Shown one piece after another: positions 44,416 through 54,485 of a DNA stretch of 64,000 nt; position 1 is the stretch's first letter; every line of letters starts with the position of its first letter. Under the pieces are notes generated by a model. It was given only the letters and a program-made list of their open reading frames with translations, was not told the DNA's origin and searched no databases. This DNA comes from Bacteroidia bacterium. GTDB lineage: Bacteria; Bacteroidota; Bacteroidia; SpSt-205. The stretch is taken from contig BPGW01000001.1 of assembly GCA_026003235.1 (NCBI GenBank), forward strand, positions 24,224 to 88,223, in the 5' to 3' direction. A program made the position numbers and the translations under genes.

Positions 44416-45645
44416 ATGGCCGAAGTGATAGAAATGCCCCGACTCAGCGACACCATGACCGAAGGCGTCGTGGCTCGCTGGCTCAAAAAAGTCGGTGACA
44501 CCGTCAAACCCGGCGACCTCCTGGCCGAAATTGAAACCGACAAAGCCACCATGGAATTTGAAGCTCCCGTGGGCGGAACCCTCCTCCACATTGGCGCAGA
44601 AGAAGGCAAGCCCGTTCCCATCGGGGCGGTGATCGCTATTATTGGCAAGCCCGGCGAAGACATCTCTGCGCTGCTGGGGCAGGCAGGCGCTTCTTCTGTG
44701 CAAACAAGCCCTGCCCCGGCCCCTGCTGGGGTGGCGCCTGCTTCTACTCCTACCATTCCTGCGGCCCCCCCGCAGCCCGAAGCCTCCCCTGGTCGTCTCA
44801 AGGCTTCGCCCCTTGCCCGGGCCATGGCTAAAGAAGCCGGCCTGGATCTGAGCACCCTGCAAGGTACAGGCGAAGGCGGCCGCATCATCAAACGCGATGT
44901 GGAAGCGGCTCTCCAAGCCCAACCAGCCCCTAAACCCTCTGTTTCGGCCCCGTCCGCTCCCGCAGCCCCTTATAGCGAACAGCCCCTCTCTCAGATGCGC
45001 AAAACCATCGCCCGCCGCCTCACCGCCAGCATGCAGGAAGCTCCGCACTTCTACCTCTCCCTCTCTATCTCCATGGAAAACGCCGCCCATTGGCGCGAGC
45101 GGCTCAACCCCCTCTCCGAAACCAAAATCTCCTTCAACGACCTCATCATCAAGGCGTGTGCGCACGCTTTGCGCAAACATCCCCTGCTCAACGCCAGCTG
45201 GACCGGAGAAAGCATCCGGCTCTACAACGAGGTGCATATTGGTTTTGCCGTAGCGGTGGAAGAGGGCCTCATCGTGCCTGTGGTGCGCCATGCTGACCGG
45301 AAAGGTCTGGCAGAAATCGCCGTCGAGACCCGGCTGCTGGCCGAAAAGGCCCGTGCCCGTAAGCTCTCCCCCGAAGAGTATTCCGGCAGTACTTTCAGCA
45401 TCTCCAACCTGGGCATGTATGGCATTGAGCACTTCACCGCTGTGATCAACCCCCCAGAAGCCGCTATCCTCGCTGTAGGGGCTATCCAGCCTGTGCCGGT
45501 TGTAAAGGGGGAAACCCTCGCTATTGAGCGGCGTATGCAAGTAACCCTTTCATGCGACCATCGGGTAGTGGACGGGGCCACCGGCGCCCAATTCCTCCAG
45601 ACGCTCAAGCAGCTTTTAGAAACACCTGAAAGGCTCCTCCTCTAA
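44416..45645 (+). CDS. Dihydrolipoamide acyltransferase (E2 of a 2-oxo acid dehydrogenase complex, PDH-type)
   Basis: 409 aa. Lipoyl domain (LAEIETDKATMEFEAP), Ala/Pro linker, E3/E1-binding domain (ASPLARAMAKEAGLDL), catalytic domain (LSCDHRVVDGA). Confidence 0.92.
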   Translation: MAEVIEMPRLSDTMTEGVVARWLKKVGDTVKPGDLLAEIETDKATMEFEAPVGGTLLHIGAEEGKPVPIGAVIAIIGKPGEDISALLGQAGASSVQTSPAPAPAGVAPASTPTIPAAPPQPEASPGRLKASPLARAMAKEAGLDLSTLQGTGEGGRIIKRDVEAALQAQPAPKPSVSAPSAPAAPYSEQPLSQMRKTIARRLTASMQEAPHFYLSLSISMENAAHWRERLNPLSETKISFNDLIIKACAHALRKHPLLNASWTGESIRLYNEVHIGFAVAVEEGLIVPVVRHADRKGLAEIAVETRLLAEKARARKLSPEEYSGSTFSISNLGMYGIEHFTAVINPPEAAILAVGAIQPVPVVKGETLAIERRMQVTLSCDHRVVDGATGAQFLQTLKQLLETPERLLL

Positions 45646-45646
45646 A

Positions 45647-46681
45647 GTGCGGGAAGCAGATCTCATTGCCAAGCTAACCGCTCACCTGAGCGGAAGGCAC
45701 CCCCTCCTTGTCACAGGGATAGGCGATGACGCCGCCGTGTGGGAATGGAATCCCCAAACCTACGGCCTTATTTCCACCGACACCTTGCACGAGCACTGGG
45801 ACTTTGACCGAGTATACCATCCTGCCAAGTACATCGGCTATAAAGCGGCAACCAGCGCCCTTAGCGACATCTGCGCCATGAATGGCGAGCCGCTCTTTCT
45901 CGTAGTCGCGCTGGGGGTGCCCCGCTACGTAAGCCCCGCTTACCTTGAAGCGCTCTACGACGGCCTCCGCCAGGTGGAAGAAAAATACGGTGTAGCCGTA
46001 ATAGGAGGGGACATCTCGCCTGCCCGGGACCTCTGGCTAACCGTCACCGTGGTGGGGCAAGTAGAAAAAGCTCGCATCACTTACCGCCGGGGCGCTCAGC
46101 CCACTCACCTTGTCTGTGTCACGGGAGATTTAGGAGGGGCCTACGCCGGCCTAAAGATTCTCCAACGGGAAAAAGCGGTTTTCCTCCAAAACCCCAGCAT
46201 CCAACCGGATATTAGCGGGTTCAACTACATCGTCAGCCGACAGCTCAAACCAGAAGCGCGGCTGGATATGGTACGACGCCTGCGGGAGCTGGGGGTTCAG
46301 CCTAGCAGCATGACGGATCTGTCGGATGGGCTTGCCGCCGGCCTCCACCACCTATCTACCGCTTCCCAAGCGGCCTTTCACATTTATTTGGATCGGCTTC
46401 CTTTCCACGAACAGACCTACAAAGTCGCCCAGCTCTTAGACATGCCCCTTTCGGCCCTCCTTCTATACGGAGGCGAAGAGTACGAACTGCTTTTCACCGC
46501 GCCGGTCACCGCCTACGAGCGCCTCCAACAGGAAGAACAGATACACATTATCGGCTTTGTCAAAGAAGGCGAAGGTGTCTGGGCCGAAGACTCCCTCGGG
46601 CAGGTGGAAAGGGTCGAGCTGGTAAGTTGGGATAGCCTCCTTGGCAGGAAAGACCAGCCTCAAGCGGAGGGTTCTTCTTGA
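45647..46681 (+). CDS. thiL: Thiamine-monophosphate kinase
   Basis: 344 aa with a GTG start 1 nt after the E2 stop. GIGDDAAV, ALSDICAMNG, GGDIS, MTDLSDGLA (AIR synthase-related fold). Confidence 0.85.
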   Translation: MREADLIAKLTAHLSGRHPLLVTGIGDDAAVWEWNPQTYGLISTDTLHEHWDFDRVYHPAKYIGYKAATSALSDICAMNGEPLFLVVALGVPRYVSPAYLEALYDGLRQVEEKYGVAVIGGDISPARDLWLTVTVVGQVEKARITYRRGAQPTHLVCVTGDLGGAYAGLKILQREKAVFLQNPSIQPDISGFNYIVSRQLKPEARLDMVRRLRELGVQPSSMTDLSDGLAAGLHHLSTASQAAFHIYLDRLPFHEQTYKVAQLLDMPLSALLLYGGEEYELLFTAPVTAYERLQQEEQIHIIGFVKEGEGVWAEDSLGQVERVELVSWDSLLGRKDQPQAEGSS

Positions 46682-46733
46682 GCGGTTCCTATCCCTGCCT
46701 TTGCAAGCAGCCTGCCGGCGTGCCCAGGAGCAT

Positions 46734-48050
46734 TCAGAACTGCGCTTTTTCGGTGGAACCGTCCATCGCGGTGAGGGCACTTTGCCCAGCTGTAATCGTC
46801 AGCTGCACCTGGTCAAAGTAGCCCGTACCCACAAAAGCCTGATGCTTGACGGCCCGGAACCCTTGGGCTTGGAGGGCAAATTCTCGCTCCTGCAGTTCAG
46901 AATACCCCTTCATACCCCGCTCCTGATAGGCCAGCGCCAGCTCAAACATGCTTGTATTGAGCGCATGGAAGCCGGCCAGCGTGATGAACTGGTAGCGATA
47001 GCCCATCTCTGCCAGCTTTTCCCGAAACGCAAGCAGCTCTTCATCAGAAAGGTGCTTCTTCCAGTTGAAGGAGGGGGAGCAGTTGTAAGCAAGGAGCTTG
47101 CCGGGAAAGGCCTCGTGCACCCCTTGCGCAAACTCTCGCGCTTCGCCGACGTCCGGCGTGGAGGTCTCACACCACAGCAGGTCCGCATACGGCGCATACG
47201 CACGCGCCCGCGCAATCGCCATCTCCAGCCCCGACCGGATGTAGTAGAACCCTTCCGAAGAGCGCCCTCGGTGCCGTAAAATAAACGGTTCGTCGGCCGG
47301 GTCCACGTCCGAAGTGATAAGCGTAGCGCTGTGTGCGTCCGTACGCGCAATGAGAATCGTCGGCACGCCCATCACATCGGCCGCCAAGCGCGCCGCCACC
47401 AGCTTCTGAATCGCCTCCGAGGTAGGAACGAGCACTTTGCCGCCGAGGTGGCCGCACTTCTTGGCGGAGGAAAGTTGATCTTCAAAATGAACTCCTGCGG
47501 CCCCCGCCTCAATCATCATCTTCATCAGTTCAAAGGCGTTGAGGTTGCCCCCGAAGCCGGCCTCGGCATCGGCCACGATAGGCACGAGCCAGTCCCGCGA
47601 AGCCCCTTTTTCGGGGTTTTCGGCAAATTCTACCTGATCGGCCCGCAAGAGAGCGTTGTTGATGCGCCTAACCAGCGTTGGCACGCTCTCAACGGGGTAA
47701 AGGCTCTGGTCGGGGTACGTTTGCCCGGCGGCATTGGCATCGGCTGCCACCTGCCACCCACTCACGTAGATAGACTGAAGGCCTGCCTGCACTTCCTGCA
47801 CCGCTTGCAAGCCGGTAAGCGCTCCCAGGGCAGCCACCCAGGGCCGGGTGTGAAGCAGCTCCCACAAGCGGCGGGCACCCCGCTCCGCTATAGGATAAAC
47901 CCAATCATACGACCCCCGCAGTTGGATCACAGCTTCCGCAGAGTAAGGGCGGAGAATACCCCGCCACCGAGGATTCTCTTGCCAATCACGCGCCAGGGCC
48001 TTGGCCCGTTCTGTCCAGGATGGATTACGGTAAGTATCGGCTGTAGCCAT
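46734..48050 (-). CDS. aceA: Isocitrate lyase
   Basis: 438 aa. Signature [23 protein letters not shown]. Its ATG lies 26 nt inside the 3' end of aceB. Confidence 0.95.
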   Translation of the reverse strand: MATADTYRNPSWTERAKALARDWQENPRWRGILRPYSAEAVIQLRGSYDWVYPIAERGARRLWELLHTRPWVAALGALTGLQAVQEVQAGLQSIYVSGWQVAADANAAGQTYPDQSLYPVESVPTLVRRINNALLRADQVEFAENPEKGASRDWLVPIVADAEAGFGGNLNAFELMKMMIEAGAAGVHFEDQLSSAKKCGHLGGKVLVPTSEAIQKLVAARLAADVMGVPTILIARTDAHSATLITSDVDPADEPFILRHRGRSSEGFYYIRSGLEMAIARARAYAPYADLLWCETSTPDVGEAREFAQGVHEAFPGKLLAYNCSPSFNWKKHLSDEELLAFREKLAEMGYRYQFITLAGFHALNTSMFELALAYQERGMKGYSELQEREFALQAQGFRAVKHQAFVGTGYFDQVQLTITAGQSALTAMDGSTEKAQF

Positions 48051-49542
48051 AACTCGTCAGAAAAGGTATGAAAACAGGACTATACACCAGCTCCCGCAAA
48101 AATCGTGCCGCTTGGGGCAAGATCGTAGGGTAGCGAGCTTGGGCCTCTTCTATGAGGTGCTCATACAGGGCATGAGAAACCGGGACCCCTTTTTCCTTCA
48201 CGAGAGGGGGCTCCTCCGCATGAAGCCACTGCCACAGTTGGGCTCGGGCTATTTCTGCTGTAGCGGTGTCTTCCATGAGGTGGAAAAGCGCCACAGCACC
48301 CTGCCCCTGCAGCCACGACGAGAGATACAAAAGAGCTACTTCGGTGTTATGCCGAATCCCCTCCAGCGAAAGAGCTCCGTCTTCTAGGGTCGGGAAGTCT
48401 TGCAATCGCTGCGGGTTGAAGGGTTCTGTTGGCACTTGGGCAGCCTGGTTAGGTGCCCCTTGAAGGCTCTTCTCAAAAAGCGATTTGACCACCGGAACCA
48501 AGTCTGGGTGGGCCACCCAAGCTCCATCAAAGCCTTGGGCGATCTCGCGGGTTTTGTCTTTTGTGACCTGCTGGAGGGCACGGGCATTAAGGTCGGGGTT
48601 TCGGCGGTCCGGAATAAAAGCGGACATGCCTCCAATAGCCAGGGCTCCGCGCCGATGTGCGGCCCGCACCACTTCCTGCGCGTAGGCTTGCATGAAGGGC
48701 TGGTCCATGGTCAGCTTCTCGCGCTCAGGCAGGAGAAAGTCCCGCCTTCGCTGGTAGGTCTTGATGAGGCTAAAAAGGTAATCCCACCGGCCTGCGTTTA
48801 GGCCAGCCACATGCTCTCGCAGCTCAAAAAGAATCTCCTCCATCTGGAAAGCCGCAGGAAAGGTCTCTATCAGCACGGTCACCCGTACAGCACCCAGCGG
48901 CAGCCCAAGATAGGCTTCGCAGGCAGATAGCACCTCTTCCCATAGGCGAGCCTCCGCAGCGCTTTCTATCTTGGGCAGATAGAGATAGGGACCCTTACCC
49001 CGCTGGAGGAGTGCTTCTGCGTTGTGATAGAGGAAGGTGGCCGTGTCAAAAAAACTGGCCGCTATGGGTTGCCCTTCTATAGGAAAGTGTCTCTCCACCA
49101 GGTGCAAGCCCCTCGGACGCACCATGAGGGTAGTAGAATAGGCCGGGTCCAGCTGGTATACCTTGCCCTCCGCACTCTGAAAGGACAGCCTGCCCCGCGC
49201 CGCCTGATACAAGGCCTTTTGCGCCCGCAGCTGATTTTCCCAATGGGGGGTAAGGGCGTCTTCCAGGTCAGCCATGAAGGCATCCGCACCGGAGTGCAGG
49301 GCGTTGATGAGAATTTTGGGTTCAGCCGGGCCGGTGATCTCTACATGCCGTTTTCGCAGAGGTTCTGGCAAAGGGCGCACCTGCCAGGAGCTATCTCGCA
49401 GAGAAGCCGACACCGAAGGAAGGCCAGCAAGGAATTTCCTTCGTGCTCGTATTAAGTAACGCCGCTCCGGCTCAAAGTTCCTATGCAATGTGCGCAAAAG
49501 CGCAAGCAGACCCTTCGGAAAGAGGTCTATTTCTTCTACCAC
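48025..49542 (-). CDS. aceB: Malate synthase A
   Basis: 505 aa with a GTG start. [34 protein letters not shown] motifs. Confidence 0.92.
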   Translation of the reverse strand: MVEEIDLFPKGLLALLRTLHRNFEPERRYLIRARRKFLAGLPSVSASLRDSSWQVRPLPEPLRKRHVEITGPAEPKILINALHSGADAFMADLEDALTPHWENQLRAQKALYQAARGRLSFQSAEGKVYQLDPAYSTTLMVRPRGLHLVERHFPIEGQPIAASFFDTATFLYHNAEALLQRGKGPYLYLPKIESAAEARLWEEVLSACEAYLGLPLGAVRVTVLIETFPAAFQMEEILFELREHVAGLNAGRWDYLFSLIKTYQRRRDFLLPEREKLTMDQPFMQAYAQEVVRAAHRRGALAIGGMSAFIPDRRNPDLNARALQQVTKDKTREIAQGFDGAWVAHPDLVPVVKSLFEKSLQGAPNQAAQVPTEPFNPQRLQDFPTLEDGALSLEGIRHNTEVALLYLSSWLQGQGAVALFHLMEDTATAEIARAQLWQWLHAEEPPLVKEKGVPVSHALYEHLIEEAQARYPTILPQAARFLRELVYSPVFIPFLTSYGYSRYLP

Positions 49543-49546
49543 AGCG

Positions 49547-49554
49547 CAAAGATA
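49547..49554 (-). promoter_or_regulatory. -7 motif TATCTTTG, 4 nt upstream of GTG 49542 (aceB)
   Basis: Plus strand reads CAAAGATA. Confidence 0.5.
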
Positions 49555-49591
49555 CGGTGCAGAACCTTTGCGCTCTGGCGGCCTGGCTTCG

Positions 49592-49665
49592 TCGGGGAGG
49601 CGGGATTTGAACCCACGACCCCTAGTCCCCTAAACTAGTGCTCTACCGGGCTGAGCTACTCCCCG
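49592..49665 (-). tRNA. tRNA-Pro, anticodon AGG as folded by hand (anticodon at 49631..49629)
   Basis: Minus strand: CGGGGAG-TA-GCTC-AGCCCGGTA-GAGC-A-CTAGT-TTAGGGG-ACTAG-GGGTC-GTGGG-TTCAAAT-CCCGC-CTCCCCG-A. Canonical cloverleaf. C1-G72, A73, G35, G36 and G37 fit Pro identity. No encoded CCA. Confidence 0.85.
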
Positions 49666-50569
49666 AAGCGGGGGCAAAGGTAGGAAATTCTCCCTTACAA
49701 GCAGCTATCCAACGAGCCCTCCCGTGAAAGTCATGAAGAATAACGGATGAAAGCGAAAATTTTTGGAATAAACTTGCGACTTCTTGGCCCAAAGGAGGAA
49801 AGACTTCGCAAACTAATAGGCCCCTTTCAGAAAGGAACTTATGGGCAAATTCACCCAAGGTAGCATAGAGAGAAAAATCGCTGCAAAAGAGGGCTTCGGG
49901 AGGTTCAAAGTGGCGCACGCGAGGATCCGTTTCATTCCAAAAAGACCAAGGGATGTAGGGAGGATTGGACACCATCAGATCCCACGAAGCAGGCCAATCC
50001 GCCGGCAAGGATTCATGGCCAAAGGTTAGCTGCGCCCACTTGACGGAGAGACCGAGGCGGCGGGCGTTCTGCGCTGCCACGGACAACGCAAGGGGGCTTT
50101 TGTCAAGCGCAAACACCTCGGCTGAAGGGAACGCCGACGCCAGAAAAAGGGCCAGCGCCCCTGAACCGGTTCCCACATCCAGTACCGTGCGAGGGGGCGA
50201 GGCGGCCAGCTGTCGGACCACCCAAAAGGCCCACTCTTCCGTTTCCGGGCGGGGGATAAAAACCCCTGGGACAATCTTGAGGGCCAAGCCGCCAAACTCC
50301 ACCTCGCCAAGCACATAGGCCAAGGGCTCGCCTTGCGCAAGGCGATGGAGGGCAGCTTGCCAGGCGGAGCGTTTTTCAGGAGGCAAAGAGGCCTCGCCTC
50401 GGGTGGCTAGCCAAATAGCTTCCCAACCAGGCCAGAGGTGGGACAATAGCCGACGCACCATAGCCCGCGCTTCCTCAGGAGAGACTACAGAAGCCAACCG
50501 ATCTCGCCCCTCCTGAAGGAGAGCGGCCAGGGAAAAGGTTTCACGTGAAACTATCGGCCGCTTATCCAT
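49643..50569 (-). CDS. prmC: Release-factor glutamine N5-methyltransferase
   Basis: 308 aa. SAM motif VLDVGTGSGALAL and catalytic VSNPPYI. The last 23 nt, including the TAG stop, overlap the tRNA-Pro gene on the same strand. Confidence 0.88.
   Translation of the reverse strand: MDKRPIVSRETFSLAALLQEGRDRLASVVSPEEARAMVRRLLSHLWPGWEAIWLATRGEASLPPEKRSAWQAALHRLAQGEPLAYVLGEVEFGGLALKIVPGVFIPRPETEEWAFWVVRQLAASPPRTVLDVGTGSGALALFLASAFPSAEVFALDKSPLALSVAAQNARRLGLSVKWAQLTFGHESLPADWPASWDLMVSNPPYIPWSFWNETDPRVRHFEPPEALFCSDFSLYATLGEFAHKFLSERGLLVCEVFPPLGQEVASLFQKFSLSSVILHDFHGRARWIAACKGEFPTFAPASGSSSAR
49675..49682 (-). promoter_or_regulatory. -7 motif TACCTTTG, 9 nt upstream of the tRNA 5' end (inside the prmC 3' end)
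   Basis: Plus strand reads CAAAGGTA. Confidence 0.45.
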
Positions 50570-51747
50570 TCCAGGGGGTTGAGGGGGGTCTTGCCCTTGT
50601 ACAAGAGAAAGTACAACTGCGGAGGCTCCGCTTCGGTGGCCGGGCTTAGCCGTCCTATAGGTTCCAGGAGCGAAACCGACTGTCCCACCCGGACAAACAC
50701 CTCTTCCAGCCGAGCGTATACTGTGCGGTAAGAGCCATGCTGAAGAATCACGACTTTGCCTTGGCCTGGGATGGTGGCCACGGCCGTGACTTTACCCGAA
50801 AAGACGGCCCGTACCTCGGCTTTTGCAGGACCCGCCAAATACACCCCTTGGTTCGTGATGAACCCCCCGCTCTCATCTTCTACCGTACCAAAAGGACTTA
50901 GCACCACCGCCTTATCCGAAGCGATAGGCCAGGGTAGATGGCCTTTATTCTGCTCAAAAGCGCCGGTCAGGCGCACCTCGGCGGTGGAAACGGCCGAGGT
51001 ACGGGCCCGCTCTACCTCCGCCCGGATAAGCGCATCTATGCGCGTCTGAATCTCCTGCAACCGTCGCCGAAAGTCCGACACCCGCTTCTGATAAGAAACT
51101 TCCTGAAGGCGCAAACTCTCATAGAGGGCTTTTTTCTCAGAGCGGCTCCGCTGAAGGGCTGCGGCTTGCTCCGCATACAAGCCCAAGAGCCGACTTTTCT
51201 CTTCTCGGTTTTTGCGCAGCCTCTGGGTACGCCCTTCCAGGTAACGCCGTGTGCGCGCAATGAGCCTGAGCTGCTCCTGACGAAACCGGGAGACTGCCCG
51301 AAAGTAAAACAGCCGCTCGTACGCCTGCTGAAAAGACTCTGCGCTAATCACCCATACCCAGGGGCTAATATGCCGCTGGGACTTCTCCAGCAGGTAAAGG
51401 CTCCAGACGTAATTGCGATACAAGCGGCGTAGGTCACGCTCCAAGGCCTGATTCACCCGAGCCAGCCGAAAAATATCCTGGTCCAGCAAAGCGATCTCCT
51501 GCTGAATGCTGCGAAGCAACCGCTCCTGCAAAGCAATCTGCCGCCGCAAAAGGGCCAGTTCTCCCAGCGAACGGCGACGCCGTTGGCGAGTCTCATGGAG
51601 GAGGACTTGGGTCTGACGCAACTCGATCTCAATCTGTTGGCGCTGCCGCTCCAAGCGCTTGCGTTCGGCCGAGAAGTCCCGCTCCTGCGCCCTCATTCCC
51701 GCTATCCACACCAGCCAGGCTAAAACCACTCTCCATCCTCCTCTCAT
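50551..51747 (-). CDS. M23-family peptidoglycan DD-metalloendopeptidase / EnvC-like murein hydrolase activator
   Basis: 398 aa. Signal peptide, about 230 aa of coiled coil, and a C-terminal LytM/M23 domain ([20 protein letters not shown]...[20 protein letters not shown]). The canonical HxxxD/HxH metal ligands are not obvious by eye, so it may be an activator rather than an enzyme. Confidence 0.78.
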   Translation of the reverse strand: MRGGWRVVLAWLVWIAGMRAQERDFSAERKRLERQRQQIEIELRQTQVLLHETRQRRRRSLGELALLRRQIALQERLLRSIQQEIALLDQDIFRLARVNQALERDLRRLYRNYVWSLYLLEKSQRHISPWVWVISAESFQQAYERLFYFRAVSRFRQEQLRLIARTRRYLEGRTQRLRKNREEKSRLLGLYAEQAAALQRSRSEKKALYESLRLQEVSYQKRVSDFRRRLQEIQTRIDALIRAEVERARTSAVSTAEVRLTGAFEQNKGHLPWPIASDKAVVLSPFGTVEDESGGFITNQGVYLAGPAKAEVRAVFSGKVTAVATIPGQGKVVILQHGSYRTVYARLEEVFVRVGQSVSLLEPIGRLSPATEAEPPQLYFLLYKGKTPLNPLEWISGR

Positions 51748-53618
51748 CGGCCCAAGTAAGTAAGGAGGGCCGCAATATCGGCAGGCGTCACGCCGCTCAC
51801 CTGGCTGGCTTGGCGAATGGTGCGGGGACGGTACTTGCTCAGCTTTTCGCGGGCTTCATACGAGAGGGCTTGCAAACGCCAATAATCCAAGTCCTCCGGC
51901 AGAGGCACCTCTTCAAGTCGCTTGAGCTTTTCGGCTTGAAGCCTCTCCTTTTCCAAGTAGCCCTGGTATTTGACTTCTATTTCGGCCGTTTCCACCGCCG
52001 ACGGATCCATGCGCTCAAGCAAAGCCCGCAGCGGCGGATACATCTCTCCCAGCTTCGCAAAAGAGAGATGCGGCCGCAGCACCAGCGCCTCCAAGGAGAT
52101 CTTCTGCACCACAGGAGACTCTCCCTGCGCTTCCAGCCACCCGTTGATCGCTTCTGGTGGAAGCTTGACTTCCCGCAGAAAACGAAGAATCTCCTCTATC
52201 TGTTCCCGTCGGCGGCGCATTCGCTGGTACCGCTGTTCTGAGGCCAGCCCTATCTGGTAACTTCTCTCCGTCAGACGAAGGTCGGCGTTATCCTGGCGCA
52301 GAAGGAGCCGAAATTCCGCTCGGGAAGTGAACATGCGATAGGGTTCGTCCACCCCTCGGGTAATCAAATCGTCAATGAGAACGCCAATGTAGGCTTCGTC
52401 CCGCCTCAGCACGAAGGGAGGCAGTCCTTTTACCTTGGCTGCGGCGTTAATGCCGGCGATAATGCCCTGGGCCGCCGCCTCTTCATACCCCGTGGTGCCG
52501 TTGATCTGGCCTGCAAAAAAGAGGTTCTCTACCAAGTGCGTCTCAAGCGTAGGCTTGAGCTGGTAGGGGGGGAAAAAGTCGTATTCAATGGCGTAGCCGG
52601 GCCGAAACATGCGCGCATTTTCCAAGCCGGGTATGTGCCGCAGCGCTTCGGCCTGAATAGCTTCTGGTAAAGAGGAGGAAAACCCGTTCAAGTAAACTTC
52701 AATAGTATGGCGCCCTTCCGGCTCCAGAAAGAGTTGGTGCCGCTCTTTTTCCGCAAAGCGCACGATCTTGTCCTCAATAGAAGGGCAATACCGCGGGCCC
52801 ACACCTTGAATAACCCCCGTAAAGAGGGGAGACTCTGCGAACCCCTTTTTTAGGATTTCGTGGACGCGAGGGTTGGTATAAGTGATCCAGCAAGGGAGCT
52901 GGTCCTTGAGCGGGGGCGTCTCCTCAAAGGAAAACCGGCCAGGCGGCTCATCCCCTGGCTGGATTTCTAACCGACTGTAATCTATGGTTCGTCCATCCAG
53001 ACGGGGAGGGGTACCGGTTTTCATACGGCCTGTCTCAAAACCCAGCTCTCGGAGCTGCTCGGTCAGGCCATAACTGGCGGCCTCGCCTAAGCGCCCACCG
53101 CTTTGCTGGCTAAGCCCAATATGAATGACCCCTCCCAGGAAGGTGCCCGTGGTTAGGACCACCGCCTCCGCAGTGAATACTTTGCCACTGCGGGTGCGCA
53201 CACCCTCGACCCGCTTTTTGTCAGGGGAAAAAAGCAGCCCAACGACCGCATCCTGCCAGAAGAAGAGGGAAGGAATCTGCTCCAGGTGCCAGCGCCAGCG
53301 AGCAGCAAAAGCCGCCCGGTCGTTCTGGGCTCGGGGGCTCCACAGAGCAGGCCCCTTAGAACGATTGAGCATGCGGAACTGAATCATGGTCTCGTCGGTG
53401 ACAATGCCCGAAAGCCCTCCCAACGCATCTATTTCCCGCACAAGCTGACCTTTCCCAATGCCCCCCATAGCGGGGTTACAGGACATTTGGCCGATCTTGG
53501 TCATGTCCAGGGTGATAAGGAGGGTTCGGCAGCCCATCCGAGCGGCTGCGGCGGCCGCTTCGTTGCCTGCGTGGCCTGCTCCGACGACAATAACCTCAAA
53601 GTCCGGCGTGTGTTTCAT
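51744..53618 (-). CDS. mnmG: tRNA uridine-5-carboxymethylaminomethyl synthesis enzyme MnmG (GidA)
   Basis: From ORF 51744..53774, with the start at ATG 53618 ([25 protein letters not shown] dinucleotide fold). The sequence is GidA-like throughout, ending [16 protein letters not shown]. Confidence 0.95.
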   Translation of the reverse strand: MKHTPDFEVIVVGAGHAGNEAAAAAARMGCRTLLITLDMTKIGQMSCNPAMGGIGKGQLVREIDALGGLSGIVTDETMIQFRMLNRSKGPALWSPRAQNDRAAFAARWRWHLEQIPSLFFWQDAVVGLLFSPDKKRVEGVRTRSGKVFTAEAVVLTTGTFLGGVIHIGLSQQSGGRLGEAASYGLTEQLRELGFETGRMKTGTPPRLDGRTIDYSRLEIQPGDEPPGRFSFEETPPLKDQLPCWITYTNPRVHEILKKGFAESPLFTGVIQGVGPRYCPSIEDKIVRFAEKERHQLFLEPEGRHTIEVYLNGFSSSLPEAIQAEALRHIPGLENARMFRPGYAIEYDFFPPYQLKPTLETHLVENLFFAGQINGTTGYEEAAAQGIIAGINAAAKVKGLPPFVLRRDEAYIGVLIDDLITRGVDEPYRMFTSRAEFRLLLRQDNADLRLTERSYQIGLASEQRYQRMRRRREQIEEILRFLREVKLPPEAINGWLEAQGESPVVQKISLEALVLRPHLSFAKLGEMYPPLRALLERMDPSAVETAEIEVKYQGYLEKERLQAEKLKRLEEVPLPEDLDYWRLQALSYEAREKLSKYRPRTIRQASQVSGVTPADIAALLTYLGR

Positions 53619-54081
53619 GTGAAACTTCCTTGAGGGTTTCCCATACATGCAGACAGACCTCTTCCTGTCGGCGCATTTCACGCTGTCGCGCTGGGGTGTC
53701 GTCTCCCCAACCCAAAAGATGCAAGAGCCCATGAACCAAGGTTCGTCGCAGGGCTCGGTCCTCCGCCTCTCCATACGCCGCGGCCAGCTCCTTCACCACC
53801 TGAGGAGCTATGAAAATTTCTCCTTCCACCAGCCCTTCTTCTTCGTAGGAGAAAGTAATCACATCCGTAGGGGAAGGATCGCCCAAATACCGTTCATGAA
53901 GCGCCGTTATAGCCTCTACCGAAAGAAAGGTATAGTAAAGCCGCCCTACTCGGTAGGCCGAGGGCAAGGCTTGAATACAGGCCCTGAGCCAGGCTTTGTG
54001 GCGGCGAGCTGTGGGCAGACGCCATCTACCTACGCCCTCGTACAAAAACCGAATCAAAGGACGAACCGTAGCTCTACGCAT
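53596..54081 (-). CDS. ybeY: rRNA maturation endoribonuclease YbeY
   Basis: 161 aa. Zinc motif [11 protein letters not shown] (H-x3-H-x5-D/H type). It overlaps the mnmG start by 23 nt. Confidence 0.85.
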   Translation of the reverse strand: MRRATVRPLIRFLYEGVGRWRLPTARRHKAWLRACIQALPSAYRVGRLYYTFLSVEAITALHERYLGDPSPTDVITFSYEEEGLVEGEIFIAPQVVKELAAAYGEAEDRALRRTLVHGLLHLLGWGDDTPARQREMRRQEEVCLHVWETLKEVSHETHAGL

Positions 54082-54485
54082 CGCCCTCCTTTCTTGTATT
54101 CCACTGCATCAGCTAAGTTGCGCATTAGGAAGATGCCCCGGCCCGATTCTCGGAGGAGGTTTTCCTCCACCGTAGGGTCTGGCAAGGTCGTCGGATCAAA
54201 GCCCACCCCTTCGTCCTCTACCTCCACCACTAAGAGCCGCTGAGCGGGATCGTAAGAGAAGCGCAGCCAGACTTGCTTAGAGGCGTCCTGGCGATTGCCA
54301 TGGAGGATAGCGTTGGCGATCGCTTCGGTAATAGCTACGATAAAGAGGGGTATTCGCTCTTCAGACAGCCCAGCTCGTTTAGCTATCTGCTCTAAAAGGG
54401 GCTCCACCTGCACAAGCTGGTCTACATGGCTGGGAATCCGCTCTTCGTAAGAGAACGCCTCCGGAGAGACTACGAAGCTATTCAT
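54054..54485 (-). CDS. RsbW/SpoIIAB-like anti-sigma-factor serine kinase (HATPase_c)
   Basis: 143 aa. N-box EAIANAILHGN, G-boxes VEDEGVGFD and GRGIFLMRNLADAVEY. Its start overlaps the upstream stop (ATGA). Confidence 0.8.
   Translation of the reverse strand: MNSFVVSPEAFSYEERIPSHVDQLVQVEPLLEQIAKRAGLSEERIPLFIVAITEAIANAILHGNRQDASKQVWLRFSYDPAQRLLVVEVEDEGVGFDPTTLPDPTVEENLLRESGRGIFLMRNLADAVEYKKGGRCVELRFVL

Noticed and set aside
44362-45540. 392-aa ORF on the minus strand (plus the nested 173-aa ORF 44370..44891)
   Set aside because: It is entirely antisense to the E2 acyltransferase gene, which has unambiguous lipoyl, linker and catalytic motifs. The antisense translation is Gly/Arg/His-rich low complexity with no recognisable motif. 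This is a typical shadow ORF in high-G+C DNA.
46682-46733. Possible bidirectional terminator between convergent thiL and aceA
   Set aside because: Only a weak TGC-CTTT-GCA hairpin and a TTGCAA palindrome are present, and no stem longer than 3-4 bp could be extended.
49592-49665. Alternative reading of the tRNA as tRNA-Leu(UAG), or as having an 8-9 nt anticodon loop
   Set aside because: Shifting the loop by one nucleotide breaks the 5-bp anticodon stem (A-A mismatch at 27-43). The acceptor and discriminator features (C1-G72, A73) and G35-G36-G37 fit proline.
53619-53774. 52-codon upstream extension of mnmG. Similar extensions precede dam (15639..15839), gldF (20222..20329), the BamB-like gene (36756..37019) and the barrel gene (3492..3695).
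   Set aside because: The conserved N-termini (FAD-binding GAGHAG, LKWAGGKR, signal peptides) begin at the internal ATGs. The extensions overlap the upstream genes and have non-protein-like composition.
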